Shown: positions 27,057-38,236 of the stretch, piece after piece | How the letters are laid out: each line of letters opens with the position of its first letter | How positions within the stretch are numbered: the first letter of the stretch is position 1 | From: Marinobacter sp. | Lineage (GTDB): Bacteria; Pseudomonadota; Gammaproteobacteria; Pseudomonadales; Oleiphilaceae | DNA: 46,336 bases | Direction of reading: 5' to 3' | NCBI GenBank assembly: GCA_035497695.1 | Contig: DATJDA010000128.1 | Coordinates: 1 to 46,336, forward strand | Made by a program: the position numbers and the translations under genes | The notes under the pieces: model-generated | Told to the model about the DNA's origin: nothing | The model's database searches: none | Seen by the model: only the letters and a program-made list of their open reading frames with translations

Positions 27057-27770
27057 CTATTCTCGCCCGGGTAATTTCTTCCAGGTGATTTCATCTCGGA
27101 TATAAACCGGTTGTGCCTGCTCGGCGGGCACCGCTTTACCTTGTTCAAAGCCAGTCACCGCCAGCCGGGCGACCCAACTGGCACGGGGAACGATTGAGTC
27201 ATCAACCGAAACCATGCGCTCAGAAACGCCTTTCGGCATATCACTCTGAAGCGCCCATCCTTGCCCGGCACCAAACCAGCGGACTGGTTTGTCAGACTCT
27301 GCGCTATCAGCCAGTGTTACTGCAGATGGTGCACAAACCCTTTCATTCCCAAGCAGAACCGGCTGGCTATTCTGGTATGCAAAACAGCCCCAATACACCT
27401 CGCTCATCCGGGCATCAAAGGCTACCGCCACCCGGTCATTTTCGGACAGCTTCATTCTGTCTATGGCGCCCAAAGCAACCGCAGCCAATGACGAAACAGG
27501 CACTACGGGTATATTTAATCCCCATGCCAAACCCTGCACAACACCTGTGGCAATCCGTAATCCGGTAAAAGACCCAGGGCCACAGGCAAAGGCGAGCACC
27601 TCAAGATCTGCTGGCATCAACGCTTTCTCTGCCAACAGTTCTCTGACCATTGGCATCAGCAGCCGGGTGTGCCCCCTTGGCGCAAGCTCAAAGCGCTCGG
27701 TAATCTCTCCATCAACAAGCAGGGCTGCCGAGCAGCCCTCAGATGACGTATCCAGTGCCAGTAGATTCAC
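27057..27770 (-). CDS. tsaB: tRNA threonylcarbamoyladenosine biosynthesis protein TsaB (YeaZ)
   Basis: Motifs LLALDTSSEGCSAAL, GPGSFTGLRI, DARMSEVYW and PVYIR. Confidence 0.95.
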   Translation of the reverse strand: MNLLALDTSSEGCSAALLVDGEITERFELAPRGHTRLLMPMVRELLAEKALMPADLEVLAFACGPGSFTGLRIATGVVQGLAWGLNIPVVPVSSLAAVALGAIDRMKLSENDRVAVAFDARMSEVYWGCFAYQNSQPVLLGNERVCAPSAVTLADSAESDKPVRWFGAGQGWALQSDMPKGVSERMVSVDDSIVPRASWVARLAVTGFEQGKAVPAEQAQPVYIRDEITWKKLPGRE

Positions 27771-27805
27771 AGAATCAGAAGCCCTCTGGCCGGTATGACA
27801 CCGAC

Positions 27806-28459
27806 TTAGTTGAGTTTGGACATGATCTCATCACGAATACTGTCCAGACTGCCAATGCCTTTTACGTGTATGTATTTAGGCGCTGACTCTGGCTGCTTGC
27901 TGGCCCAGTCCTGATAGTAGTCAATCAGAGGTGCTGTCTGGCTGTGATAGATACTGAGACGCTTGCGAACGGTTTCTTCTTTATCGTCAGGCCGCTGAAC
28001 CAGTGGTTCACCGGTTTCGTTGTCTTTGCCTTCTACCTTGGGGGGATCAAATTTAATATGGTAGATACGACCACTGCCTTCATGAACGCGGCGGCCTGAC
28101 AGACGGCTGACAATTTCTTCATCATCAACAGCAATTTCCACCACATAGTCGATAGCAATACCCTGGCTTTTCAAGGCTTCTGCCTGAGGAATGGTGCGGG
28201 GAAAGCCATCCAGAAGATAGCCATTTTCGCAGTCTGGCCGCTTGGTGCGTTCTTCAATCAGGGCAATAATGATGTCGTCAGACACCAGACCGCCGGTGGC
28301 CATAACTTCTTTGACCTGCTTGCCCAGCTCGGACTCTGCCTTTACCGCAGCCCGCAGCATGTCTCCGGTGGAGATCTGGGGGATTTTAAAGCGTTCAGTT
28401 ATGAACTTGGCTTGAGTCCCCTTACCTGCGCCCGGCGCGCCTAACATAATAATTCGCAT
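27806..28459 (-). CDS. adk: Adenylate kinase
   Basis: Motifs [18 protein letters not shown] and LDGFPRT; cysteine-free Gram-negative LID. Confidence 0.98.
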   Translation of the reverse strand: MRIIMLGAPGAGKGTQAKFITERFKIPQISTGDMLRAAVKAESELGKQVKEVMATGGLVSDDIIIALIEERTKRPDCENGYLLDGFPRTIPQAEALKSQGIAIDYVVEIAVDDEEIVSRLSGRRVHEGSGRIYHIKFDPPKVEGKDNETGEPLVQRPDDKEETVRKRLSIYHSQTAPLIDYYQDWASKQPESAPKYIHVKGIGSLDSIRDEIMSKLN

Positions 28460-28658
28460 AACGGTGTGCTCCCATATTTAGTCATTATCATTTGAAAGAG
28501 TGCGGCAAAGATCCCTGCCTTTGCGACAATCTCTCTACACCGAAAAGGTGCCAGTCAGATTTAATGAGGGCGCATTATACGAAGTCAGCCCCTTCAGAGA
28601 AAGTCGATCTTCGTCCCATGCACCAGAGTGCAGATATGCAAGGACTTTCCGGGCCGGC

Positions 28659-30029
28659 TCAGGATGCCAGAGACATCGCCAGCGCATCCAGATCCGGAGC
28701 CACACGATCAACCTCAGTATTCAGGTCCTCGATGATGGTATTGGGTAGGCCAAGCCTTTCCAGAAGGGCTTGAATATCATCCGGATTAAATTCATCGCCA
28801 ATCCCCCGGCTTTTCAGCAGGGCATTCGCCAGTTGAACCATAAGTACGTAATTTTCATGCTCGCCACGGTAGCCCAGATGCTGGTGCACACCCGCTGCCT
28901 TGACGACCGGATCCGGTAGTTGCCATAGCCGGTGAAGAATACCACCAATGGCGCCATGGCCAACGGCCAGAACCTCATCGCCGCCGGAACCAAACACCTG
29001 CTGTTCCAACGAGTGCATACTGCTTTCCGGATTAATTTCACGCAGATTGTTCAGCTCTTCAAATTCCGATGGAAACAGATGCCCTACCAGCAACAAACCA
29101 AAGTTATGCAGCAATCCACAAAGGTACGCCAGGCCTTTATCGGCCTTACATTGCTGGGCAACAACCTGACAGATAAAGGCACAGTACAGTGAATGCCGCC
29201 AGAAGTTGTCCATTCCAAGCATGCCACCACGGGGAACATCAAAAGCCCGTACCGATGCAATGCCCAAGGCAATATGAGCTACCCGATCAAAGCCCAGTAC
29301 CCGTGTTACTGCTTCCTGCACAGAGTTGACCTGGCCAGGATAATTAAACAGCACCGAACGGGCATAGCGCATGACCTGCGCAGTCAGGCTGGGGTCAAAC
29401 TCAATAAGTTCAGCCAGCTCGCGGGCGGTTGCATCCGGGTTAGTGGTCAGGCGCAAAATACGCAGGGCGAGGGCCGGCATAGGTGGCAAACGGTACAGTT
29501 TCTGGAGCTTGTCGGCGATCTCTTCCAACGATAAGGCTTCGCGATCACCGGTACTGCCTGAGCCCCGGATAACAAGGTGACCTTCCCGGCTACCTGCCAG
29601 CGCCAGCCGGAACGAGCGCCCATCCATTTCGATCAGCCCCTGATCTGTACCGCCGGAGAAAAGCACACGCTCTGCCAGGATAACATCGGCATCTACCAAT
29701 ACCGGCAGATCGTAGGCCGCACCAATGGGCGGCGTGAACCCGGGATCACAGTCGCTGAACAGCCTCATGGCCTGGCGGGCAGTCAACGGCTGCAGCCGGC
29801 GGCCAGTGAACTGAGCCACTGCGTCCAGATCCAGTGTGCTGTCAAACTTGTGAACGGCCATAACAACACCGTTAATATCAATCAGCAGCGCAGCCTGAAT
29901 AAAATCTGCCTGTGGCTGCCCTGAAGCCATCACGGCAGCACTCAGATTCATCGCCTGACCAATTGCCAGATCCTTGTAGGGAATGCCTTTTCGGGCCAGA
30001 TACCCTTCCAGTCGCGCAGCCAGAGCCAC
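28659..30029 (-). CDS. YbaK-like (aminoacyl-tRNA deacylase fold)-HDOD fusion protein, SadB-like
   Basis: N-terminal FSDCDPGFTPPIGAAY (YbaK/ProX-like), then HDOD motifs LPPMP, FWRHSL, GLLHNFG and HQH. GTG start with RBS AGGAG. Confidence 0.85.
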   Translation of the reverse strand: MALAARLEGYLARKGIPYKDLAIGQAMNLSAAVMASGQPQADFIQAALLIDINGVVMAVHKFDSTLDLDAVAQFTGRRLQPLTARQAMRLFSDCDPGFTPPIGAAYDLPVLVDADVILAERVLFSGGTDQGLIEMDGRSFRLALAGSREGHLVIRGSGSTGDREALSLEEIADKLQKLYRLPPMPALALRILRLTTNPDATARELAELIEFDPSLTAQVMRYARSVLFNYPGQVNSVQEAVTRVLGFDRVAHIALGIASVRAFDVPRGGMLGMDNFWRHSLYCAFICQVVAQQCKADKGLAYLCGLLHNFGLLLVGHLFPSEFEELNNLREINPESSMHSLEQQVFGSGGDEVLAVGHGAIGGILHRLWQLPDPVVKAAGVHQHLGYRGEHENYVLMVQLANALLKSRGIGDEFNPDDIQALLERLGLPNTIIEDLNTEVDRVAPDLDALAMSLAS

Positions 30030-30094
30030 AGCTTACTCCTGTTGTTCATTATTATTGGCAACGATGATTGCCTGGTTCTGTGTCTTGTTTCAAT

Positions 30095-32740
30095 CTAGCC
30101 GGTGTTACGCATACCTGCAGCAATACCCGCCATTGTAACCTTCAGTGCACGCTCAACCATCTCAGGCACTTCACCCTTGCCTTCGCTTTCCCGATCGCGC
30201 CTCAGCAGCTCCGCCTGCAGATAATGCAGTGGATCGGTGTAAGGGTTACGCACTCGCATGGAGTGGGCAAATACTGGTTTATCTTCCAGCAACTCGGTTT
30301 GCTGCTTCAGTTCCAGAAGACGCTGAATGCATCCGTTCAATCTGTCCCCAAGGCTGTTTCCCAACGCCCGGAGTTTGTCATCGTCCAGTAACGTCTGTTC
30401 GTAATATCGGGCGATACGCAAGTCGGCTTTGGCCAGAACCATTTCCAGCATATCCACGTAAGTCTGAAAAAACGGCCAGCCAGCCATCATCTCTCTGAGT
30501 ACTGGCAGCCGGTTGTCTTTCGCTGCTTCATCCAGTGCTACATCACTGCCAAGCCAACTGGGGAGCATCAACCTCATCTGGGTCCAGGCGAATATCCAGG
30601 GGATAGCCCGCAGGCTTTCTACACCGCCGGTGGATTTACGCCGCGCCGGCCTGCTACCCAGTGCCAGCTTACCAAGCGCCTGTTCCGGTGTTACCTGGCG
30701 AAAATAAGGCACGAAATCAGGATTCTCGCGAACAACATCACGATACGCGTGAAGTGATCTCTCGGCCAGCCAGTCCATCGTTTCCCGCCAGCTATTTTCA
30801 GGCTCGGGTGGTGGAGCAAGCGTAGCCTCAATAACTGCCGTGGTATAGAGCGTCAGGCTCTGCACCGCCAATTGTGGCAAACCAAACTTGAAGCGAATCA
30901 TTTCACCCTGTTCGGTAATACGGAAACTGCCATTCACAGATCCGGGCGGCTGCGACAGAATTGCCCGGTTGGCTGGGCCGCCACCCCGGCCCACGGTGCC
31001 GCCCCGGCCATGAAACAGGGTCAGGTGAATGCCGTACTGACCAGCCACTTTGGTGAGCTGTTCCTGAGCCTGATACTGCGCCCAGGCGGCCATTAGCTGG
31101 CCGGCATCTTTGGATGAATCTGAATAGCCGATCATAACTTCCTGCCGGCCCCGGCAATACTCGCGATACCATTCAATCTCGTAGAGGGCCGCCATGCTGT
31201 CTGGTGCGCCACTCAAATCGTTCAGTGTTTCAAACAGCGGCACGACCTGCATCGGGTACTCCATGCCCGATTCGCGCAACAGCAGAATCACGCTGAGCAC
31301 ATCAGAAGGTTTGCTGGCCATGGAGATTACGTACGACCCCAGCGCCTGCGGAGTTTGTTGCGCCGCCACCGCACAGGTTGCCAGCACTTCTCTTACCAGT
31401 TCTGAAGGTTGCCAGTTTCTGGGCACCATCGGCCGTTTGCCCTGAAGTTCTTTTACCAGAAACGTCTGTCGCTCCTGCTCACTCCACGACAAATAATCGC
31501 CCAGCCCCAGATAATCGACCATTTCTGCGACGGCCTCTGCATGGCGAGTTGCCTCCTGCCTGATGTCCAGACGAATCAGCGGCAAGCCAAAACTATGGGC
31601 CCGGCGAATGGTATCCAGCAGCGGTCCGTTAGCAATCGCCTCAAGCCCACAGGACACCAGCGAGCGATAACACAGTTCCAGTGGCGCGGTGAAATCTTCA
31701 TTTTCGAACAGAATTCCCGACGAATCCGCTGGCTCGCCATTGATGCAGGCTTCCGCCCAGCTACGAGTTTTAAGCAGCCGCTCCCGAAGATCTGCCAAGA
31801 CATGCCGATAGGGCTCCCGTACATCACCCACATGCTCACGCAACTCATCGCTGGCCTGCCACATGGAAAGCTCGGCACGTAATGACCGGATGTCTCTGAG
31901 GTAAAGATCTGCGGCCATCCAGCGGCCAAGAAGAAACACTTCCCGGGTGACTTCATGGGTAACATTGGGGTTGCCGTCACGATCGCCCCCCATCCATGAG
32001 GCAATACGAATAGGCGAAGCCTGTAATGGCAATCCTTTACCGGTCGCCTCACTCAGCGATGAATCCAGCTCACGCAAAAACTGTGGCAACGCCCGCCACA
32101 AGCTGTTTTCAATAACGGCGAAGCCCCACTTGGCTTCATCTACCGCTGTAGGCCGTTCATGGCGAATCTCATCGGTATGCCAGGCTTCTGTTATAAGTTG
32201 TGACAAGCGGCCAATAATTTCTTCACGCTCAGCCGGTATCAGATCGGTGTGATCCAGCTTTGCCAGACACCCGGACATTTCATCGTATTTCATAATCAGG
32301 GTACGGCGGGCTACTTCCGTTGGGTGCGCCGTCAAAACAAACTCAACGCGCAAATCGGCCACTCGTTGATGCAGTTCTTCCTGGCTGACTCCGCCCTTGA
32401 TAAGACGGTCAAACACCTCGGCCAAAGACTCCACCGTGAGATCAGACTGGTGCCCACGATTACGGCGGATTCCGTGATATTGCTCGGCAAGGTTGGCAAG
32501 ATTCAGAAACTGGTTGAAAGCGCGGGTAACCGGCAGAAGTTCGTCATCGCTCAGTTTACCCAGAAGACTGACCAGACGCTGGCCCGAACCACTTTCCTGG
32601 CGCCGGTCAGCTTTGGCAGCCGCCCGGATTTCCTCGATCAGTTGATAACAATGCTGGCCGGGCTGGTTCCGGATGCTCTGGCCAAGCAATTCGCCCAGCA
32701 TGCGTACGTTTTCGCGGAGATCAGGATGTAACTCAGTCAC
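30095..32740 (-). CDS. ppc: Phosphoenolpyruvate carboxylase
   Basis: Motifs VLTAHPTE, SWMGGDRDGNP, VMIGYSDSSKDAG, FHGRGGTVGRGGGP and SLRAIPW; C-terminal MRNTG. Confidence 0.98.
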   Translation of the reverse strand: MTELHPDLRENVRMLGELLGQSIRNQPGQHCYQLIEEIRAAAKADRRQESGSGQRLVSLLGKLSDDELLPVTRAFNQFLNLANLAEQYHGIRRNRGHQSDLTVESLAEVFDRLIKGGVSQEELHQRVADLRVEFVLTAHPTEVARRTLIMKYDEMSGCLAKLDHTDLIPAEREEIIGRLSQLITEAWHTDEIRHERPTAVDEAKWGFAVIENSLWRALPQFLRELDSSLSEATGKGLPLQASPIRIASWMGGDRDGNPNVTHEVTREVFLLGRWMAADLYLRDIRSLRAELSMWQASDELREHVGDVREPYRHVLADLRERLLKTRSWAEACINGEPADSSGILFENEDFTAPLELCYRSLVSCGLEAIANGPLLDTIRRAHSFGLPLIRLDIRQEATRHAEAVAEMVDYLGLGDYLSWSEQERQTFLVKELQGKRPMVPRNWQPSELVREVLATCAVAAQQTPQALGSYVISMASKPSDVLSVILLLRESGMEYPMQVVPLFETLNDLSGAPDSMAALYEIEWYREYCRGRQEVMIGYSDSSKDAGQLMAAWAQYQAQEQLTKVAGQYGIHLTLFHGRGGTVGRGGGPANRAILSQPPGSVNGSFRITEQGEMIRFKFGLPQLAVQSLTLYTTAVIEATLAPPPEPENSWRETMDWLAERSLHAYRDVVRENPDFVPYFRQVTPEQALGKLALGSRPARRKSTGGVESLRAIPWIFAWTQMRLMLPSWLGSDVALDEAAKDNRLPVLREMMAGWPFFQTYVDMLEMVLAKADLRIARYYEQTLLDDDKLRALGNSLGDRLNGCIQRLLELKQQTELLEDKPVFAHSMRVRNPYTDPLHYLQAELLRRDRESEGKGEVPEMVERALKVTMAGIAAGMRNTG

Positions 32741-32817
32741 ATTAGCGTCCTTTTGACATTATCGGAGGCAAAGTAAACTTACGATACTAAGGAATAGCCG
32801 GGAAAGTCTATTGGCGA

Positions 32818-33669
32818 TTAGTTTCCCTTGCCGCCTTTCTCTACACCTTTTACCGACTGCCACACGGCATCCAGTGCCTCCAGAGATTCAGTATCCATAT
32901 CGCGGCCTTGCTCGGCCAGCACTTGCTCAATGGCCCGGAAGCGGGTGTAAAATTTATGATTGGTGCGTTTCAGCGCCTGTTCAGGGTTCGTTTTCATGAA
33001 ACGTGCGAGGTTTACACAGACAAACAACACATCACCCAGCTCATCTTCAATGGCGTCCGGGTCTCCGGTTCCTGCCTGTGCAGCCTGCCATGCCTCTTTC
33101 AGCTCGCCAATTTCTTCCTGGAGCTTATCGAATACTGGCCCGATATCAGGCCAGTCAAATCCGTGCCGGGCCGCGCGCTTCTGCAGCTTTTCTGCTCTGG
33201 CCATAGCTGGCAGGGTTCGGGCAACACCATCAAGACGACTGAGAGGCCGTTCGGAAGGAGGATGCAGGGCGCGCTCCTCTGCTTTGATTCGCTCCCAGCT
33301 TTCTTTTATCCAGGCATCATCTGGCCGGTTTTCCGGATCAACCCGGCTTTCCAGAGTTCCCTCCGGAAACACGTGAGGATGCCGGCGAATCAGTTTGCGT
33401 ACCAGATTATCAACTATCTCATCAAAATCGAAATGGCCATCTTCCTTGCCCAGTTGGGCATAGAAAATCACCTGAAACAGCAAATCGCCAAGCTCATCCT
33501 TCAGGTGGGGAAAATCTTCCTGCTCAATGGCATCTACAACTTCATATACTTCTTCAAGGGTGTACGGAACAACCGTACTGTAGGTCTGCTTTGCATCCCA
33601 GGGGCAGCCAGTTTGCGGATCCCGTAACCGGGCCATCAGGGCTTTCAGATCATCAAGGGAGTAATTCAT
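32818..33669 (-). CDS. mazG: Nucleoside triphosphate pyrophosphohydrolase MazG
   Basis: GCPWD, EEVYE, DELGDLL, KLIRRHPHVF and a second EELGD-like motif. Overlaps the relA stop by 4 bp. Confidence 0.96.
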   Translation of the reverse strand: MNYSLDDLKALMARLRDPQTGCPWDAKQTYSTVVPYTLEEVYEVVDAIEQEDFPHLKDELGDLLFQVIFYAQLGKEDGHFDFDEIVDNLVRKLIRRHPHVFPEGTLESRVDPENRPDDAWIKESWERIKAEERALHPPSERPLSRLDGVARTLPAMARAEKLQKRAARHGFDWPDIGPVFDKLQEEIGELKEAWQAAQAGTGDPDAIEDELGDVLFVCVNLARFMKTNPEQALKRTNHKFYTRFRAIEQVLAEQGRDMDTESLEALDAVWQSVKGVEKGGKGN

Positions 33670-35903
33670 CCACGCTTGCGCCTTACATCAATAATATTGG
33701 GCAAATTGCGAATCTGCGCCAGCAGACGAGCCAGTTGCTCAAGGCTGGAAATCTCGATGGTCAGCCGTATGGTAGCTGCGTTATCGTCTTTATTGGTTAA
33801 TGTATTTAGCGACAACACATCACTTTTTGACGACGACAGCACCTGAGTAATATCTCTCAGCAGACCAGAGCGATCGTAAGCTTCGATTTCCACATCCACC
33901 GGGTAGACCGCTGCGGGCTGGCCACCCCAGGTTACCTCAATAATCCGGTGCGACTCCTGCTCCTTCAGATTCAGAAATGTCAGGCAATCCTGGCGGTGAA
34001 CGGTTACCCCATGGCCAACCGTAATATAGCCGGCAATTTCATCACCTGGCAGGGGTTTACAGCAGCGGGCCACCTGGGTTTTGAGATTACCAACACCGCG
34101 GATCTGAATGTCAGATTCAGTATCGTAAGGTTTACGGCGCTGAGTGCTCAGTTTAAGCGCCAGTTGCTCAGATTTTGGCTCAAGCAGTTGCTGAGCAACA
34201 TTGGCGACATGGGCCGGGCGAAGATCCCCGGCGCCAATAGCCGCAAACATGTTTTCGGCCTCGTGGTAATTAACCTTCCGGGCCAGTTCGTTCATATCTA
34301 CTTCATACAATGACAGGCGTTTGAGCTCGTCTTCCAGAATGGCCCGGCCATCAATGATATTCCGACCCCGATCCTGCTGTTTGAACCAGTGCGTTACTTT
34401 GGCTCTTGCTCTGGAGGTCTGAACATAGCCAAGACTGGGATTCAGCCAGTCCCGGCTAGGCGCCGGATTATTCGAGGTAAGTACGAATACCTGATCTCCG
34501 GTCTTCAGCGGATAGCTTAACGGCACAATCCGGCCATTAACCTTTGCACCCCGGCAGGCATGACCAATTTCAGTGTGTACCCGGTAGGCGAAATCCACCG
34601 GTGTGGCTCCCTGGCCCAAATCCACTACGTGCCCATCCGGAGTGAATACATACACCCGGTCAGCGGTGACATCGGATTTCAGATGATCAGCCAGCTCGGA
34701 AAGATCGCCCAGATCTTCCTGCCACTCCAGTACCTGCCGCAGCCAGTTGATCTTGGCATCGTAGCCTGTGGATTTGGTATTTTTATCAGTGCCTTTGTAA
34801 AGCCAGTGCGCACAAACGCCGAGTTCCGCCTCTTCATGCATTTTATGAGTGCGGATCTGCACTTCCATTACTTTACCGTCCGGGCCGATTACGGCGGTAT
34901 GTAGTGACTGATAGCCGTTTTCTTTAGGGTTGGCGATATAGTCGTCAAACTCGTTGTGGATGTGACGCCACAAGGTATGAACAATGCCCAGCACCGCATA
35001 GCAATCCCTGACATCGGGAACAAGCACCCGCACCGCCCGGACATCGTACACCTGGGAGAAATCAATACCCTTGCGACGCATTTTTCGCCAAATGCTGTAA
35101 ATATGCTTAACCCGGCCGGATAACTCTCCCTTAATACCCGCCCCTTCCAGCTCTTGCTGAAGCGAGCCAATAATCTGCTTAATGTATTGCTCCCGGTCGA
35201 GGCGCTTTTCATCGAGCAGTTTGGCAATTTTCTTGTAGGCCGTTTCGTGCAGATACCGGAACGACAAATCTTCCAGCTCCCACTTGATATGGCCAATACC
35301 AAGGCGATGCGCCAGCGGCGCATAGATATCAAAAACTTCCCGTGCAACCCGCAACCGCTTTTCTTCCGGCGCGTTTTTGACCGCACGGATGGCACACGTA
35401 CGCTCAACCAGTTTGATCAAGGCTACCCGCACATCATCAATCATGGTCACCAGCATTTTCCGGACGTTATCCAGTTGGCCTTCACTTTGCCCAAGCACAT
35501 TACCTTTTAGCGGGCGGTGAAGTGACGAAATGGCCGCCATCCGCAGTACGCCGCTGATCAGTGTGGCAACTTCATCACCAAATTCTTTTCTGACACGCTC
35601 GAGAGCAACCCGCTCTTCCCGGACGGCACGGTAAAGAATAGCGGCAACCAGGCTGGCCTGATCCAGATGCAGCTCCGCCAGTATCTGCGCCATCTCAATG
35701 CCAGTTCTGAAGCCGCTGGCTCCCGGTGCCCATAAACGATCTGCACGGAAGGCTTCAAGATCAATTTTCGCCGCCATTTCACAAGCTCGCCGAAGCTGGT
35801 CCACATCGTCGACAAGCCCCTGGGAGGCGATCTGGTGTATCCAGCGCTCAATATCTATCTCGCCGTCACCATTGATTGCGTAATCTTCGCGAACTTTTAC
35901 CAT
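33666..35903 (-). CDS. relA: (p)ppGpp synthetase I
   Basis: MVKVRE start (ATG 35903), APLAHRLG, EFDDY, NGYQSLHT, EVQIRT, TGS domain, CCKP and ACT domain. HD motif is degenerate (LYRAV). Confidence 0.97.
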   Translation of the reverse strand: MVKVREDYAINGDGEIDIERWIHQIASQGLVDDVDQLRRACEMAAKIDLEAFRADRLWAPGASGFRTGIEMAQILAELHLDQASLVAAILYRAVREERVALERVRKEFGDEVATLISGVLRMAAISSLHRPLKGNVLGQSEGQLDNVRKMLVTMIDDVRVALIKLVERTCAIRAVKNAPEEKRLRVAREVFDIYAPLAHRLGIGHIKWELEDLSFRYLHETAYKKIAKLLDEKRLDREQYIKQIIGSLQQELEGAGIKGELSGRVKHIYSIWRKMRRKGIDFSQVYDVRAVRVLVPDVRDCYAVLGIVHTLWRHIHNEFDDYIANPKENGYQSLHTAVIGPDGKVMEVQIRTHKMHEEAELGVCAHWLYKGTDKNTKSTGYDAKINWLRQVLEWQEDLGDLSELADHLKSDVTADRVYVFTPDGHVVDLGQGATPVDFAYRVHTEIGHACRGAKVNGRIVPLSYPLKTGDQVFVLTSNNPAPSRDWLNPSLGYVQTSRARAKVTHWFKQQDRGRNIIDGRAILEDELKRLSLYEVDMNELARKVNYHEAENMFAAIGAGDLRPAHVANVAQQLLEPKSEQLALKLSTQRRKPYDTESDIQIRGVGNLKTQVARCCKPLPGDEIAGYITVGHGVTVHRQDCLTFLNLKEQESHRIIEVTWGGQPAAVYPVDVEIEAYDRSGLLRDITQVLSSSKSDVLSLNTLTNKDDNAATIRLTIEISSLEQLARLLAQIRNLPNIIDVRRKRG

Positions 35904-35961
35904 ATCAGCGTGATTCTTCCTGGTGATTTCTGCAGCCATCCCTGGCCACAAATAACATGTG

Positions 35962-37311
35962 TCAGCGGGTGACCCGCTCAAATAAAGCAATAGATTCTAC
36001 GTGGGATGTATGGGGGAACATGTCCATCACACCCGCACGTACAAGCCGATAGCCATTGCGTACCAAAACACCGGCATCTCGCGCCAGCGTGGCGGGGTTG
36101 CAGGAAACGTAAACGATTCTGCTGGCACCAAAAGCCGTCAGATATTTACAGATTTCCTCCGCACCGGAACGGGGCGGGTCGATCAGGATTTTATCAAAAC
36201 CTTCTTTGGCCCAGCTCTGGCCGGTAAAATCTGCGTGCAGATCTGCCCCGTGAAACTCAACATTAGCCAAGCCATTCAGGCGGGCATTCTCACGGCCCCG
36301 AATGACCATGGTATCGTCACCCTCCACGCCAACAACCTGGCCACCTTTTCGAGCCAGAGGCAGGGTAAAGTTACCCAGCCCGCAGAACAAATCCAGTACA
36401 CGCTCACCGGGCTGCACCTCCAGCCATTCAATCGCCCTACTTACCATTCCATGGTTAATATCCGCATTGACCTGAGTGAAGTCCATGGGATGAAAGCGCA
36501 TGGTGAGATCAAATTCCGGCAACCGGTAACTCAGCCGCTCATGACTGCGATCTGCAGATTCCGGCCAGATACGGTGTACAGTATCCGGACCTTTTGGCTG
36601 CAAATAGATATGCAGGTTGTGGGCCTGCCCGAAGGCAATCAGCTTCTCTCTGTCGCCACTGCTCAACTCATCCATATTGCGAAACACCATGGCCGCGTCA
36701 TCATCGCCACAGGCAACTTCAACCTGAGGTATACGCGCGTGTGCATCCAGTTCGTGCAACAGGGCACGCAGCGGCATAATCCGCTCACCTATGCGGGGGT
36801 CCAGCACCACGCAACGATTTATATCCGTGAGAAAGGAATTCCGTTTTTCTCGAAAACCAACCAGAACGGATTCCCGTGCTCGCACATAGCGAACACCCAG
36901 CCGGGCTTTCCGGCGGTATCCAAGAGTGTTCTGTGTGCGCATGGGGGCTACCCACTCTTCCGGCTCAATGCCTCCAAAGTGAGCAAAATGATCCCTCAGT
37001 GTGTTCTCTTTGAACTGAATCTGGGCCTCGCCTTCCATATGTTGAAGGCTGCACCCGCCACACAAGTCTGCAAACTCACAGGGTGGTGTCTGGCGATCCG
37101 GTGTCGCCCTCAACACGTTCAGCGTGCGCAGCTCATCAAATTTACTGTGGCTGACCACCATTTGAGCCATCACGGTTTCGCCCGCCAGAGCCCCATCTAC
37201 AAATTGCGTCTTGCCGTTCTGGTGTGCAACGCCCCGGCCATCGTGACTGAGAGATTCGATCTCACAATGCACTGGCTCTTTGGATACGGGCGCTCTGCGT
37301 CGTCTGCTCAT
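35962..37311 (-). CDS. rlmD: 23S rRNA m5U1939 methyltransferase (RumA)
   Basis: TRAM domain, Fe-S C-x5-[31 protein letters not shown] and DMFPHT. Start set at ATG 37311. Confidence 0.96.
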   Translation of the reverse strand: MSRRRRAPVSKEPVHCEIESLSHDGRGVAHQNGKTQFVDGALAGETVMAQMVVSHSKFDELRTLNVLRATPDRQTPPCEFADLCGGCSLQHMEGEAQIQFKENTLRDHFAHFGGIEPEEWVAPMRTQNTLGYRRKARLGVRYVRARESVLVGFREKRNSFLTDINRCVVLDPRIGERIMPLRALLHELDAHARIPQVEVACGDDDAAMVFRNMDELSSGDREKLIAFGQAHNLHIYLQPKGPDTVHRIWPESADRSHERLSYRLPEFDLTMRFHPMDFTQVNADINHGMVSRAIEWLEVQPGERVLDLFCGLGNFTLPLARKGGQVVGVEGDDTMVIRGRENARLNGLANVEFHGADLHADFTGQSWAKEGFDKILIDPPRSGAEEICKYLTAFGASRIVYVSCNPATLARDAGVLVRNGYRLVRAGVMDMFPHTSHVESIALFERVTR

Positions 37312-37339
37312 ACAACCTACTCTTACTGAAGAAACCGAG

Positions 37340-38236
37340 TTACGCGCCGGGGAAAACTCCGGTGGACAGGTAGCGATCGCCGCGATCACAAATAATGGTT
37401 ACGATAACCGCGTTTTCAACCGTCTTTGACAGCCGCAGTGCCCCTGCAACAGCGCCGCCCGATGACACACCACAGAAGATGCCTTCCCGGGATGCCAGAG
37501 CACGCATAGTCTCCTCCGCCTCTTGCTGGCCAACATCGAAAATACTATCAACCCGTGATTCGTCAAAAATCTTCGGCAGGTACGCTTTTGGCCAGCGCCG
37601 GATGCCAGGAATAGACGCTCCGTCTTTTGGCTGCATGCCAATGATCTGGATTTCCGGATTGCGTTCTTTGAGATAACGGGACAGCCCCATGATAGTTCCT
37701 GTTGTGCCCATTGAGCTGACACAGTGCGTTACCCGCCCGCTCGTCTGCTCCCAGATTTCTGGCCCGGTAGTGCGATAGTGCGCCAGAGAGTTATCGGGAT
37801 TGCTGAACTGATCCAGCAACCAGCCCTTACCATCTGCACTCATTTGCGTTGCCAGATCACGAGCCCCCTCCATGCCCCCCTCACTTTCGCTGACCGTGAT
37901 AATCTCCGCACCATAAGCCCGCATGGATGCACGCCGCTCTTCACTCATATTTGCGGGCATAAGTAACACCATCCGATAACCTTTGATGGCCGCTGCCATA
38001 GCCAGAGCAATACCGGTGTTTCCACTGGTTGCCTCAATCAGCGTATCGCCGGGTTTGATGTCTCCCCGGCGCTCGGCCTCCTGAATCATACTGAGTGCCG
38101 GACGATCCTTAACCGATCCGGCCGGATTGTTGCCCTCAAGCTTTGCAAGAATAATATTGCTTGTTTCACCAGGGAGGCTTTGCAGACGAACCAGAGGGGT
38201 ATGTCCGACATAATCTTCAATGGTTGGAAAGTTCAT
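37340..38236 (-). CDS. cysM: Cysteine synthase B
   Basis: Motifs [35 protein letters not shown] and [11 protein letters not shown]. Confidence 0.96.
   Translation of the reverse strand: MNFPTIEDYVGHTPLVRLQSLPGETSNIILAKLEGNNPAGSVKDRPALSMIQEAERRGDIKPGDTLIEATSGNTGIALAMAAAIKGYRMVLLMPANMSEERRASMRAYGAEIITVSESEGGMEGARDLATQMSADGKGWLLDQFSNPDNSLAHYRTTGPEIWEQTSGRVTHCVSSMGTTGTIMGLSRYLKERNPEIQIIGMQPKDGASIPGIRRWPKAYLPKIFDESRVDSIFDVGQQEAEETMRALASREGIFCGVSSGGAVAGALRLSKTVENAVIVTIICDRGDRYLSTGVFPGA

Noticed and set aside
32908-33627. 239-aa + strand ORF
   Set aside because: Antisense shadow of mazG with no family motifs.
35620-35645. Loss of the HD motif in RelA
   Set aside because: This is normal for synthetase-only RelA in gammaproteobacteria and does not indicate a pseudogene.
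35904-35990. N-terminal extensions in the ORF track for relA (also rlmD, nudC, the class-III aminotransferase and the FAR)
   Set aside because: These are longest-ORF artefacts. Downstream starts match family N-termini and/or RBS positions.
36001-37329. 442-aa + strand ORF
   Set aside because: It lies wholly antisense to rlmD in the codon-mirrored frame and has no recognisable motifs. This is a typical shadow ORF.
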